A DNA stretch of 50,940 bases from Candidatus Woesearchaeota archaeon (GTDB taxonomy: Archaea; Nanobdellota; Nanobdellia; UBA10117), in the NCBI GenBank assembly GCA_964354105.1, contig CAYGXM010000006.1:1-50940 (forward strand). Reading direction: 5' to 3'. The notes beneath the pieces were generated by a model, which saw nothing but the letters and a program-made list of their open reading frames with translations, was not told where the DNA came from and searched no databases. Positions 28,779 to 37,843 of the stretch are shown here, one piece after another (position 1 is the stretch's first letter; the number at the start of each line of letters is the position of its first letter). The position numbers and the translations under genes are program-made.

Positions 28779-29174
28779 TTAAGGATCGTCTATATACGGC
28801 ACAGGGTCGCCAAAAAATATTTGGCCATAAACACCAAGCATTTCATCTTTGTTTTTCCAAAATGGCTTGGCATATTTTTTGGTTAGTTCCAGAAGTTGTT
28901 CATATTTCTCATTTTCAAAGTCACGCGATTTCCTTACACGCAGGCCTTGGTGATCCTTTTTAGACCATACATTAGCCCTAGCTAAAGGCCATAACCTGTC
29001 TTTTAGACCAGGATTAGGTTTGGTGATATAGACTTTATTAATTATGCAACCAAAGTACTTGCTTTGTTTTACTATCATATCTAAGCCGCTTTCTTTGGTG
29101 GCTTGCTTCAGGGCCTCCAATACGTCCTCGCCTTTACTTCCTAACTCAAAGTATATCTTCTTACCTTCTTCCAT
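28779..29174 (-). CDS. hypothetical protein
   Basis: ORF; start moved to ATG 29174. Confidence 0.6.
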   Translation of the reverse strand: MEEGKKIYFELGSKGEDVLEALKQATKESGLDMIVKQSKYFGCIINKVYITKPNPGLKDRLWPLARANVWSKKDHQGLRVRKSRDFENEKYEQLLELTKKYAKPFWKNKDEMLGVYGQIFFGDPVPYIDDP

Positions 29175-29261
29175 ATAGAAAATATATATAGATACTTTAA
29201 AAACTTTTCGGCTCTTTGTTAGCTTCAATAGGCTTAAATGCTCCTTTTTGCTTTAAAAGGC

Positions 29262-29585
29262 ATGCAAAACAAGGCTGAATCCCAATCCATAGCCCAAGAG
29301 AGAATAGCAGTTCTCTTCAAGGAAGCCGATTCTGCAGCAAAGGAAGGCAACCTGCAGAGAGCTAACCGCTATATCTTCCTTGCCAGAAAGCTCTCCATGA
29401 AATTTGGCGTCAAATTAAACAGGGAGCAGAGAAGGAAATTCTGCCATAAATGCTACAAATTCCTAATGCCGGGAAAAAACTTGTCTGTTAAAATCAACCC
29501 TAAAACACAATCAGTTGAATATCTCTGCAAGGAGTGCGGGAATGTGACAAGATATCCTTATATTCGTGAAAGGAAATCTCAATAA
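29262..29585 (+). CDS. rnp4: ribonuclease P protein component 4 (Rpp21)
   Basis: IAQERIAVLF...ANRYIFLARKLS...FCHKC...CKECG..RYP. Confidence 0.93.
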   Translation: MQNKAESQSIAQERIAVLFKEADSAAKEGNLQRANRYIFLARKLSMKFGVKLNREQRRKFCHKCYKFLMPGKNLSVKINPKTQSVEYLCKECGNVTRYPYIRERKSQ

Positions 29586-29599
29586 CAAAGGCTGCTGAC

Positions 29600-30337
29600 A
29601 TGGAACGCATAACTAAAATCCTAATAGTTTTGACAGCAGGCATGACTTTTTTTGCGGCTTTTAGAATAATTTTTAATATATACTACTCAAATTTGCTGCT
29701 CCCTGTATTTTTCATGGTCATGGGCTATGTGCTTTACAAGGAAATGATAAGACATAAACAGATCAAAATCCATCCAGCCATAGTAGAACATGCAATACCT
29801 TGGATCATTATAATCTCAATTGCATTATTTTTCGAAGGCCATGGTTTGAATCACAGCGCAAATTATATAGGATATTTTATAGATAAGAGTACCAGCGCAA
29901 CTCTGAAGTCTGTGATTTATTTCTATGATGAAATTTTATCCCACAAAATACTGTTTTCTGGTTTATTCGGCTTATTTGCAGCAGGCATGCTCTTACAAAT
30001 ATCAAGGCCATTTAGCTTCAAGATGCATAAAGATGATGAAACTGCCCTTGGAATCTGCGGCATTCTTTATGGCTTGGGCCTTGGTACATCTCTTCTAGAA
30101 GGCCAAAGCCCTTACATTGGCATAATCGCGTCAGCCATCTTCGTGCCTGCTTTAATATTCCATCATCAAAAGCATACTTTGAAAGTTGTCATTAGAAAAT
30201 ATCCGCTGAATTATTTCCTTGCATTGACTTGCATAACAATTCTCATCCTATTTGCAGTCTATTATGCTTATTTTGGCTCATTTATAGAGCCTTCAACAGT
30301 ACTTTGCAACTGGGGTTATCATACTTGTGTTTATTAG
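29600..30337 (+). CDS. polytopic membrane protein
   Basis: About 7 hydrophobic segments; GHGLNHSAN and YFYDEILSH motifs. Confidence 0.75.
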   Translation: MERITKILIVLTAGMTFFAAFRIIFNIYYSNLLLPVFFMVMGYVLYKEMIRHKQIKIHPAIVEHAIPWIIIISIALFFEGHGLNHSANYIGYFIDKSTSATLKSVIYFYDEILSHKILFSGLFGLFAAGMLLQISRPFSFKMHKDDETALGICGILYGLGLGTSLLEGQSPYIGIIASAIFVPALIFHHQKHTLKVVIRKYPLNYFLALTCITILILFAVYYAYFGSFIEPSTVLCNWGYHTCVY

Positions 30338-31185
30338 TCAGGAAAAGAAATTGAAATAATTAAATCACCATTCTCATCAAACAAGAATGCAGTATCTCCA
30401 TCATTATTCCAGATTGGATCCTTGGAATTCCAATATAATTCTGTTTTTGTGTTGTCTCCTGCTCCTGTGTAAAGTGTTAGATTAATGTTTGGAGATAACT
30501 CTATGGATGGAAATTCATAGATATGCGTAGCCTCGTCTTTTATCGTCCAGTTAGTCATATCAATTGTTTTATTTCCGTTATTTGTAATAATAACATATTC
30601 TCCATTCATGTTTTCTGTATCACTTCCAGGAGCATCATAATTTACAAAGAGTGTTATGTTGTATTTATTTACAGCGCTCCAGATACCTCTCTTGTTCGCT
30701 TTTGCTTCAATCTCAAGACATTTCATCAAATTGGCATATTTTGTATCATTTCCAACGATAAATACAGTCGCGAGGCCTTGCTGAACAAGCTCGGCATTCA
30801 CAAAACTGTCATCTGTAAAGACATATCGAAGCAATCGGCCGTACTTATCTTCATCTTCAGCATCTCGTGTAAGATAAATACTATCAGAAACAGCATTTTC
30901 TGTAAATGCTGCTGCTTCAGCAGACCATTTCATCCCTTTTTCAGGCGTATTTATCTCAAGGAAGCGGACTTTCTGCCCACCAGATAATTCAATTGTATCG
31001 CCGTCTATAGCTCTTGAAACTTCAAACAACCTGTAATCGCCACCTGTATTATCTTTTATGATGCTAGGAAGCTTTGCGATTTCCTTGGCACAGCTCTCTG
31101 AATTAGGAACATCTGTCTTGGCGGAATAGCCAACACATCCGCTAAGTAAAACAATTGCAATTAACAGAACTAGCCAGATGCGCAT
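30334..31185 (-). CDS. lipoprotein with thermonuclease (SNase) and lamin-tail domains
   Basis: LSGC lipobox; IDGDT, INTPE, DKYGRLLRY; EYVIITN...WTIKD...IWNNDGD. Confidence 0.9.
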   Translation of the reverse strand: MRIWLVLLIAIVLLSGCVGYSAKTDVPNSESCAKEIAKLPSIIKDNTGGDYRLFEVSRAIDGDTIELSGGQKVRFLEINTPEKGMKWSAEAAAFTENAVSDSIYLTRDAEDEDKYGRLLRYVFTDDSFVNAELVQQGLATVFIVGNDTKYANLMKCLEIEAKANKRGIWSAVNKYNITLFVNYDAPGSDTENMNGEYVIITNNGNKTIDMTNWTIKDEATHIYEFPSIELSPNINLTLYTGAGDNTKTELYWNSKDPIWNNDGDTAFLFDENGDLIISISFPD

Positions 31186-31218
31186 ATCTTTTTATGCTGT
31201 GTTTGATTTAAATCTCTT

Positions 31219-31434
31219 ATGAAAACCTTAATTGTAAAGGTAAAGCCTAATGCTCCTAAGACGAAGGTTATCTCTCAGAGTGAAAATGAGCTCATTCTTG
31301 CAGTTGCAGCTCCGCCTGAAAACAATAAAGCTAACATCGAGCTGATTAAATTTCTTTCAAAACATTTCAAGGGAAAGGTTAAAATTATTAGAGGTTTAAC
31401 ATCCAAAACAAAATTAATTAGAATTAACGACTAA
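31219..31434 (+). CDS. DUF167/YggU family protein
   Basis: VKVKPNA...APPENNKANIELI...IIRGLTSKTK. Confidence 0.9.
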   Translation: MKTLIVKVKPNAPKTKVISQSENELILAVAAPPENNKANIELIKFLSKHFKGKVKIIRGLTSKTKLIRIND

Positions 31435-31510
31435 AGGTTATCTCTTTAGTTCTGTAAAGCCAAACTTAAGCTCAGTGCAGGAAAAGCTATTCTGACATTA
31501 AGGCATTCCC
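31435..31510. repeat. short inverted-end intergenic element filling a convergent gap
   Basis: TAA|AGGTTATCTCT...AGGCATTCCC|TTA. Confidence 0.7.
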
Positions 31511-32065
31511 TTAGTAATTATGCCCCGAGCAAAGAAATTTCACTTTCAAATCCATTAATCTTCTTGCAGACCTGAAAATATCCTGCTTGTTTGCTGTTGG
31601 GCAGTCAAATCTCCCAATAGAATCGCCTCCAAACCAACAGTCTCCTGAAAAAAGAATTTGGTTTGCGGCATCATAAAGCGCAATACAGCCGGAAGTATGC
31701 CCAGGAACTTTCAAAACCCTGAATCTGTATGCTCCAGTATATATTTGAGCCCCTTCCTGCAATATCAAGTCAACACGAAAAGGCTCAACAGCTTGTATCA
31801 CAGCAGAATCCATTTTCTTGATGTGAACTGCAGCTTCTTCAGAAGCTGCAGTAGTGCATTTCGGATTTTTCTTTTTGATTTCAGCAGCTTTAGCAATATG
31901 ATCGAAGTGGCAATGCGTCAATATTAGAAGGTCAACAGGCTTGCCATCAAGCAAAAGGCCTGCATCAATTTGCACTTTTTTGTCATCATCAATGTAATAG
32001 ATATTCGCTTTAGTCTCAGGCTCTTCAAAACATAAAATTTTTTCTGTTATCTGCTTAGGCTCCAT
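31511..32065 (-). CDS. MBL-fold metallohydrolase
   Basis: THCHFDH, PGHT, FSGD, SGH. Confidence 0.92.
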   Translation of the reverse strand: MEPKQITEKILCFEEPETKANIYYIDDDKKVQIDAGLLLDGKPVDLLILTHCHFDHIAKAAEIKKKNPKCTTAASEEAAVHIKKMDSAVIQAVEPFRVDLILQEGAQIYTGAYRFRVLKVPGHTSGCIALYDAANQILFSGDCWFGGDSIGRFDCPTANKQDIFRSARRLMDLKVKFLCSGHNY

Positions 32066-32066
32066 T

Positions 32067-32669
32067 TTAATCAGTCTCCAAGCTTTTCCAAAGAATCCTG
32101 CAAGCATGTGTTCTGTAAGGAGACCATTTCTGTGTAATTGATTCTATGTCTTTTCTTTGTCCATATGCATTTGTGATGGCCTTGCGCAAGCCTAAATCTC
32201 CTTTTGAAAATACATCTTCTCTTCCCAGTGTAAACATCAAAAACATTTGTGCAGTCCAGGGCCCTATGCCTTTAACCTTGAGCAGCTCGTTTATCACCTG
32301 CTCATTATCCAATGTTTTTAGCTTCTTTAGATTTATTTTTCCTTCAACAACGCTTTTAGCCAAATCTTTCACAAATTCTACTTTAGACCAGGACATGCCA
32401 ACTTTTCTTATCTTGGCATCAGGCATCTTGAGTAAATACTCTGGTGTAATATTTTTGCCAGGAAATAATTTCACAAACCTGCCAAAAATTACCTGAGCAA
32501 CCTTGCCGCTAAGCTGCTGGCCAATAATCTCCCTGCAAAGGCTTCGGAGATAAGCATTCGGGCTTCTTGGCTTTATTACTTCAATTGGGCCAACTTTTTG
32601 CATTAAATTATACAATATTGGGTCGACTTTTCTAAAATGCTTTGTGATTTGTTTAGAAATTTCTTCCAT
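32067..32669 (-). CDS. DNA-3-methyladenine glycosylase (AlkA/HhH-GPD)
   Basis: IIGQQLS, VKGIGPWTA, DLGLR, WSPYRT. Confidence 0.92.
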   Translation of the reverse strand: MEEISKQITKHFRKVDPILYNLMQKVGPIEVIKPRSPNAYLRSLCREIIGQQLSGKVAQVIFGRFVKLFPGKNITPEYLLKMPDAKIRKVGMSWSKVEFVKDLAKSVVEGKINLKKLKTLDNEQVINELLKVKGIGPWTAQMFLMFTLGREDVFSKGDLGLRKAITNAYGQRKDIESITQKWSPYRTHACRILWKSLETD

Positions 32670-32726
32670 CAATTTAATTTTTGGCGCATCTTTTTTAAGG
32701 TTATTGTGCCATATCGTAAATTAGAT

Positions 32727-33341
32727 ATGGTTGACGAAACTGACTATAAGGAAAAGGTGCACCAAGACAAATACGTAAATCCTTATAGAATCACGCAGCA
32801 CAAGGCCTACAAGATTTGCCTTTATGGCGAAGGCGCTGTCGGAAAGACCTGCCTTATCAGAAGATATGTTGACAATACATTTGGCGAGAAATACATAATG
32901 ACCATAGGCACAAATATATCAAGGAAAAAGATTATTCTCCAGCATCCTAAAGAAAAGGACACTTGCATTGAAGTCACTCTCAATATTTGGGATATAATGG
33001 GCCAGATGGGCTTCTCGGACTTGCTCAAAAAGAAGCATTTTGAAGGAGCAAAGGGGGCAATCGGCGTGTCAGACATAACCAGAAAATCTACCCTTGATGA
33101 TTTGCAGGATTGGACAGATTCCCTTCACGAAAAAGTGGGCAAGATTCCTGTAATTTTGCTTGCAAACAAATGCGACCTCGCCAGCAAGCTGACATTTGGG
33201 GAAAAGGAGCTGGCTGCAATGGCAAAGAATTACGGCGCTGTTTATGGTTTCACAAGCGCAAAGACAGGGGAAAATGTTGAAAATGTATTCAAGCTCATCT
33301 CAGAAGCTATGCTGTTAACAGACAATAAGGTATATGTTTAG
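32727..33341 (+). CDS. Ras/Rab-like small GTPase
   Basis: G1 GEGAVGKT, G2 MTIG, G3 WDIMGQ, G4 NKCD, G5 TSAKTG. Confidence 0.92.
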   Translation: MVDETDYKEKVHQDKYVNPYRITQHKAYKICLYGEGAVGKTCLIRRYVDNTFGEKYIMTIGTNISRKKIILQHPKEKDTCIEVTLNIWDIMGQMGFSDLLKKKHFEGAKGAIGVSDITRKSTLDDLQDWTDSLHEKVGKIPVILLANKCDLASKLTFGEKELAAMAKNYGAVYGFTSAKTGENVENVFKLISEAMLLTDNKVYV

Positions 33342-33345
33342 GTCG

Positions 33346-35088
33346 TCAGCTGCTTTTGTTTTCAATCTCTAGTGTTACTTGTTTGATGAAATCTGCAACT
33401 TTGATGCCAAACTTTACCTTCTGGCCGCGGGGCCTTACTGCAATTGTTTGCGCCTGTTCTTCCTTGTCCCCGCAAACGAGAATGTAAGGAACTTTTTCCA
33501 TCTCAGCCTGCCTTACTTTATACTCAACAGTATTGCTGCTGTAATCAGTTTCTATACGCAGGCCTTCAGCTTTCAATTTCTTCTCTATCTTCTCTGCATA
33601 TTTCAAATTCCTGTCTGTGAATGTCATCAGCTTTACCTGCACCGGAGCCAGCCATGTTGGGAAAGCTCCTGCATAGTTTTCTATTAAAATGCCAATAAAT
33701 CTCTCTAAAGAACCATAAATGACCCTGTGTATGCAAATTGGAGTCTTTTCCTTGTTATCTTTATCAGTATATTTCAAGTTGAATCTTTTTGGCTGCAGGA
33801 AATCCAGCTGTATGGTGCCTGTCTGCCATTCTCTTCCCATGGCATCTGTCATAAGAATATCAACTTTAGGCCCATAGAATGCGCCTTCAGTAGTCCCCGT
33901 AACATATTTCCCCTTTCCAATCTTTTTGTCAAGTATTTTCCTCAGAATAGCTTCAGCTTTGTCCCAAATTATCTTATCGCCCATGAATTTTTCAGGTCTT
34001 GTGCTCAATCTATATTTGTAAGGTATCTTGAATATTCCATAAAATAATTCTGTTATCTTGAAAATCTCATTATACTCTGCTTCAATCTGGTCTTCTGTAA
34101 CATAATTATGAGAATCATCCTGTCTGAAAGATCTGGCTCGAAGAAGGCCGGTCATTGCTCCTGATGCTTCACATCTGTGCAGGACATCTGTATCAGAAAG
34201 CCTCAGGGGCAGGTCCTTGTAGCTTCTTGTCTTGCTGGCAAAGGCAATCATGGCATTAGGGCAGTTCATTGCCTTCAATCCATAGAGTTCATCGCCAACT
34301 TTTGCCAAGAACATATCATCTTTGTAATGCTCCCAATGTCCGGAAGTTTCCCATAATTCCTTTTTGTTTAGGATAGGAGTTGAAATTTCATGATATCCAC
34401 GTTTTGCATGCTCTTTTCTCCAGAAATCTGTCAGCACATTAAGAATAATCTGGCCTTTTGGCATCCAGTAAGGCATGCCAGGAGCAGTCTCATGAAAGAA
34501 GAACAATCCAAGCTGAGGCCCCAGCTTCCTGTGATCACGCTTCTCTGCTTCTTCTCTTCTTTCCAGAAAATCATTTAGCATTTCAGGATTCGGGAATGAA
34601 ATACCATAAATTCTCTGCAGCACTTTCCGTTTAGGATCTCCTCGCCAGTAAGCTGCAGCCATGTTCAGTAATTTGAAGGCCTTAATCTGGCCTGCAGATT
34701 CAACTAAAGGATTGTTGCAAAGGTCAATAAACTGTCCATGTTGCCCAAATGAAACATTCTTGTCTGGGATATCTCTCAAAAGTTCCAGCTTGTAAGGCTC
34801 TTTGGCAAGGAATTTTTCTGCATCCTTCCTTGAGAGCTTCACTTGTTTGAAAAATTTATCTTCCTTGATGATTTTCTTCATTTCTTTTTCAATTTTGACA
34901 AGGTCTTCTGCTGTAAATGGCTCTTTCTTGTCAAAATCATAATAGAAACCATCAGCTATGGCAGGACCTATTCCAAGTTTCGTGTCTGGCCATAATCTCT
35001 TGACAGCATCAGCTAGTATATGTGAAGTAGAATGCCAGAATCTCTCTTTATCCTTCTCCGATACAAAGGGAGCTGCCTTGTGTGCCAT
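33346..35088 (-). CDS. thrS: threonine--tRNA ligase (bacterial type, lacking the TGS domain)
   Basis: HSTSH, AAAYWRGD, RDHRKLG, SGHW, MNCP, GAFYGPKVD, IHRVIYGSLERF. Confidence 0.96.
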   Translation of the reverse strand: MAHKAAPFVSEKDKERFWHSTSHILADAVKRLWPDTKLGIGPAIADGFYYDFDKKEPFTAEDLVKIEKEMKKIIKEDKFFKQVKLSRKDAEKFLAKEPYKLELLRDIPDKNVSFGQHGQFIDLCNNPLVESAGQIKAFKLLNMAAAYWRGDPKRKVLQRIYGISFPNPEMLNDFLERREEAEKRDHRKLGPQLGLFFFHETAPGMPYWMPKGQIILNVLTDFWRKEHAKRGYHEISTPILNKKELWETSGHWEHYKDDMFLAKVGDELYGLKAMNCPNAMIAFASKTRSYKDLPLRLSDTDVLHRCEASGAMTGLLRARSFRQDDSHNYVTEDQIEAEYNEIFKITELFYGIFKIPYKYRLSTRPEKFMGDKIIWDKAEAILRKILDKKIGKGKYVTGTTEGAFYGPKVDILMTDAMGREWQTGTIQLDFLQPKRFNLKYTDKDNKEKTPICIHRVIYGSLERFIGILIENYAGAFPTWLAPVQVKLMTFTDRNLKYAEKIEKKLKAEGLRIETDYSSNTVEYKVRQAEMEKVPYILVCGDKEEQAQTIAVRPRGQKVKFGIKVADFIKQVTLEIENKSS

Positions 35089-35118
35089 ATATCTATACAC
35101 AAAGAAGGCGATTTATAA

Positions 35119-35257
35119 CTTTAACTCGAACGTGAGCGAGTTAAAGGAACAATCTGACGAGGTCAGATGTTCAACAAAATCTACTGATTTTGTTTGAATA
35201 GAAAAAAGGCCTTTTGGCTTTTTTCTATAAATGTTTTATTAGGCGTAAACCTAATAA
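35119..35257. repeat. array of five consecutive hairpins in the thrS/kinase divergent gap
   Basis: IR pairs CTTTAACTCG/CGAGTTAAAG, ATCTGAC/GTCAGAT, AACAAAATC/GATTTTGTT, ATAGAAAAAA/TTTTTTCTAT, TTATTAGG/CCTAATAA. Confidence 0.75.
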
Positions 35258-35279
35258 GACTTACACCGCCATATGATAT

Positions 35280-36140
35280 ATGCGGGCTGTAGTAAAATTA
35301 GGCGGTTCTCTGCTTACATACAAAGATATAAAGGATTATCCTGGAGGGCCTTGTGTCGTTTATGAAAATCCTGGCAAATATCTTCGACTGGATGTTATAG
35401 ATAAAATTGCAGATGTTATAAGGCAAGCTAAAAACCGCAATAAAAACCTTGAGCTTATTTTAGTTACAGGAGCAGGCTGCTGCGGGCATCCACAGGTTAA
35501 GGCAGGCTTTCCGGTACCGGTAATCCAAGAGCTTGCTGCCACGCCGGCCACTTTTCTTTCCAGCGCCTTGCATAAAAAAGAGATAGAACCCGTAGCTATA
35601 TCGCCAGGATGCTTTATGAAATGCTCTGAATCTGACGGCAAGCAGGGCATAGATTATGAAACAAATGAACACTGGAAAACTGCTGATAATTTTGCAAACT
35701 TCATCATGATTTCCTATGGGGATGTCATTCCAATGGTTGAAGGCAAGACTGGCCGGTTAGGAAATTATGAAGTTGTCTCTGGCGATGATTTGATTACATA
35801 TTTCGGAGAGGCATGGCCTGCTGACAAGGTAATTTCTGTTTCTGATGTTAATGGTGTTTATGCAGAATTTCCCCCGAAAGAGGGCCAGAAGCCGATAGCA
35901 AGGATACTTGCCAATGAACCATTAAGGGATGATACCCACTTCAAGGAAAAGATGGAAGACCTATACAAAGTAACATTCAATGATGTAAAGGACGTAACTG
36001 GCGGACTCTTCGCTAAAGTCAGGAAGCTGTATGATTTCACGCAGGATACAGGCACACCATCACAGCTGGTTGGCCTTAATGATCTCAGAGGTGTCCTGCA
36101 GGGTCATTACGCAGGTACGCTGATTGAAAGAACTATCTGA
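35280..36140 (+). CDS. amino-acid-kinase family protein, probable isopentenyl phosphate kinase
   Basis: KLGGSLLTYK, GAGCCGH (cf. GAGSFGH), YGDV, VSGDD, SDVNGVY, DVTGG..K. Confidence 0.75.
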   Translation: MRAVVKLGGSLLTYKDIKDYPGGPCVVYENPGKYLRLDVIDKIADVIRQAKNRNKNLELILVTGAGCCGHPQVKAGFPVPVIQELAATPATFLSSALHKKEIEPVAISPGCFMKCSESDGKQGIDYETNEHWKTADNFANFIMISYGDVIPMVEGKTGRLGNYEVVSGDDLITYFGEAWPADKVISVSDVNGVYAEFPPKEGQKPIARILANEPLRDDTHFKEKMEDLYKVTFNDVKDVTGGLFAKVRKLYDFTQDTGTPSQLVGLNDLRGVLQGHYAGTLIERTI

Positions 36141-36251
36141 GGGTTATCTCTTGATATTGGGCTTTGCATTTCTTGAATCTGTTAAGTTCCAAAAGGCATT
36201 TCTAAAACAGCTTGGCGGCAGGTTAGGCTTTCCCGACCATAACAGATTCCC
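36141..36251. repeat. inverted-end intergenic element
   Basis: TGA|GGGTTATCTCT...ACAGATTCCC. Confidence 0.65.
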
Positions 36252-36261
36252 CTAAACAATC

Positions 36262-36414
36262 CTATCGTCTCTTAAAGAACTGAACTTGCCTTTCATGCCG
36301 GAGAGCAGCTTTCTTAGAAGCAAATGTGCCCAAATTCCGCTTTCTGCCAGTCTTAGGGTTAATGCTCCTGCTGTAAAGCCTCCATTTCCCTTTTCCTATC
36401 TTGCGGATTACCAT
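36262..36414 (-). CDS. small basic protein
   Basis: MVIRKIGKGKWRLYSR...RKRNLGTFASKKAALRHERQVQFFKRR. Confidence 0.65.
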   Translation of the reverse strand: MVIRKIGKGKWRLYSRSINPKTGRKRNLGTFASKKAALRHERQVQFFKRR

Positions 36415-36502
36415 GCTAAATAACCACCTATTCTTGCATATAACTTTTACCAAACGTCTAACAAAAAGCTTAAATAGTGTTGTTATTATAGTATATACTA
36501 AA

Positions 36503-36856
36503 ATGATAACGATAGCATCACTAAAAACAATGAATAAGGAAATTGGCGAAGAAGGCAGGCTCGAGAATGCATCCGCTTTAGAGTTTGCAGTTGATCAGGC
36601 AAATAGGCTGAGAGCTGATGCCTTTTACAAGCAGCTGGCTTATGTTGCCCGCGCATTACTTGTCGATCACGCCTTTGTAGAGGGAAACAAGAGAACATTT
36701 ACTTATTTTGCTGCCCAGCTGCTCAAGGAAAACAAAATAGAGCTGGATACTGCTCTGACGTGGAAGCTAATGGACTGCATCTATAAAATTACTACAAAGA
36801 GAATAACGAGTTTGGAAAAAATCAGGCTGATGCTAATCAATTATTTGAGGAGATAA
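36503..36856 (+). CDS. Fic/Doc family protein
   Basis: HAFVEGNKRT matches the Doc-type HxFxxGNKR motif. Confidence 0.88.
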   Translation: MITIASLKTMNKEIGEEGRLENASALEFAVDQANRLRADAFYKQLAYVARALLVDHAFVEGNKRTFTYFAAQLLKENKIELDTALTWKLMDCIYKITTKRITSLEKIRLMLINYLRR

Positions 36857-36858
36857 AA

Positions 36859-37062
36859 ATGGATAAGATACTGAAAGAAGCAATCAAAGCGTGGGAAGAG
36901 TATGACAGGACAGGTATTCTTCCCGAACAATTAGCTAGAAAGAAGAAGGTATTGATTAGCATAAACGAGTCTACATTTTTAAAATTCAAGGAAAAATGCA
37001 GGCAGGAAGGCACCAAAGTATCGCCAAAAATGGAAAAATTAGTAAGGCTGGCTATTGCCTAA
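36859..37062 (+). CDS. small DNA-binding protein (RHH-like), possible antitoxin
   Basis: KKVLISINESTFLKFKEKC...VSPKMEKLV; 2 nt after the Fic gene. Confidence 0.6.
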   Translation: MDKILKEAIKAWEEYDRTGILPEQLARKKKVLISINESTFLKFKEKCRQEGTKVSPKMEKLVRLAIA

Positions 37063-37134
37063 TGCAGAAGGCTTAAAATCCAAACAATTTCGCCGAAACC
37101 CTTTTAAAATACAATATTGACAATTAGTAGTAAA

Positions 37135-37791
37135 ATGGGATACAAAAACGGGAAAGGAGTCACGCCTGCAGCATTCGCTGCAGCTCTTAGCGGAGATTTA
37201 GAAAGTACTATTATAGCCACCACGCCAGGCGGTATAGAAAGGCAAGAAGCACAAGGCCAAGCTGAAATGGTGAGGAATTGCAGGCTTCCTAAAAAGCTTA
37301 ATGGATATGACCAGAAATATACAATTCAGCAAGCATATGAAAAAATGGGCATTAAAGTATTAGGCGATGCTGACGACATTTTCTATAAAGTCCAGCTTCC
37401 GGAAGGATGGCAGCTTAAACCGCAAGAAGATTCATCAAACAGTTATTGGTCCAATCTTATAGATAACAAAGGTAGAAACCGTGCTTCGATATTTTACAAG
37501 GCCGCTTTTTACGACAGGCGCGCAGATATTGGAATTGAACAAAGATTTAGCTACGGGGTTGTGCCTGAGGACAACTACAAAACCGATATAAGTTTCCAAG
37601 AAAGGCAGAAAATGCCTTGCCGTGGCGTTGTATACGACAGTAAAAAAGAAATATTTGCCACGAAACCTAAAGTCCTGCCAAGCGATCCTGCCAAGCGTGA
37701 CGCAGAAGAAAAGAAAATGCTAAAGGAATGCGAGGCTTTCCTAAAGAAGAATTACCCCAAGTGGAAAGATGATTTTGCATATTGGGATTAA
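37135..37791 (+). CDS. hypothetical protein
   Basis: GGIERQEAQGQ...LPEGW...RASIFYKAAFYDRRA; function unknown. Confidence 0.7.
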   Translation: MGYKNGKGVTPAAFAAALSGDLESTIIATTPGGIERQEAQGQAEMVRNCRLPKKLNGYDQKYTIQQAYEKMGIKVLGDADDIFYKVQLPEGWQLKPQEDSSNSYWSNLIDNKGRNRASIFYKAAFYDRRADIGIEQRFSYGVVPEDNYKTDISFQERQKMPCRGVVYDSKKEIFATKPKVLPSDPAKRDAEEKKMLKECEAFLKKNYPKWKDDFAYWD

Positions 37792-37843
37792 ATTAGATTT
37801 TAGTTCTCAAAAGGCTTAAAATCCTCTATATTCTTAGTTCTTT

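Noticed and set aside
31265-31275. AAGGTTATCTC inside the DUF167 gene as a repeat end
   Set aside because: It encodes ordinary KVIS residues, has no partner end and is probably chance.
35119-35257. T-box or attenuator leader for thrS
   Set aside because: A TATA-like TTATAAAT lies about 25 nt upstream of the thrS ATG (35088), so the hairpins are probably outside the transcript, and no T-box consensus is visible.
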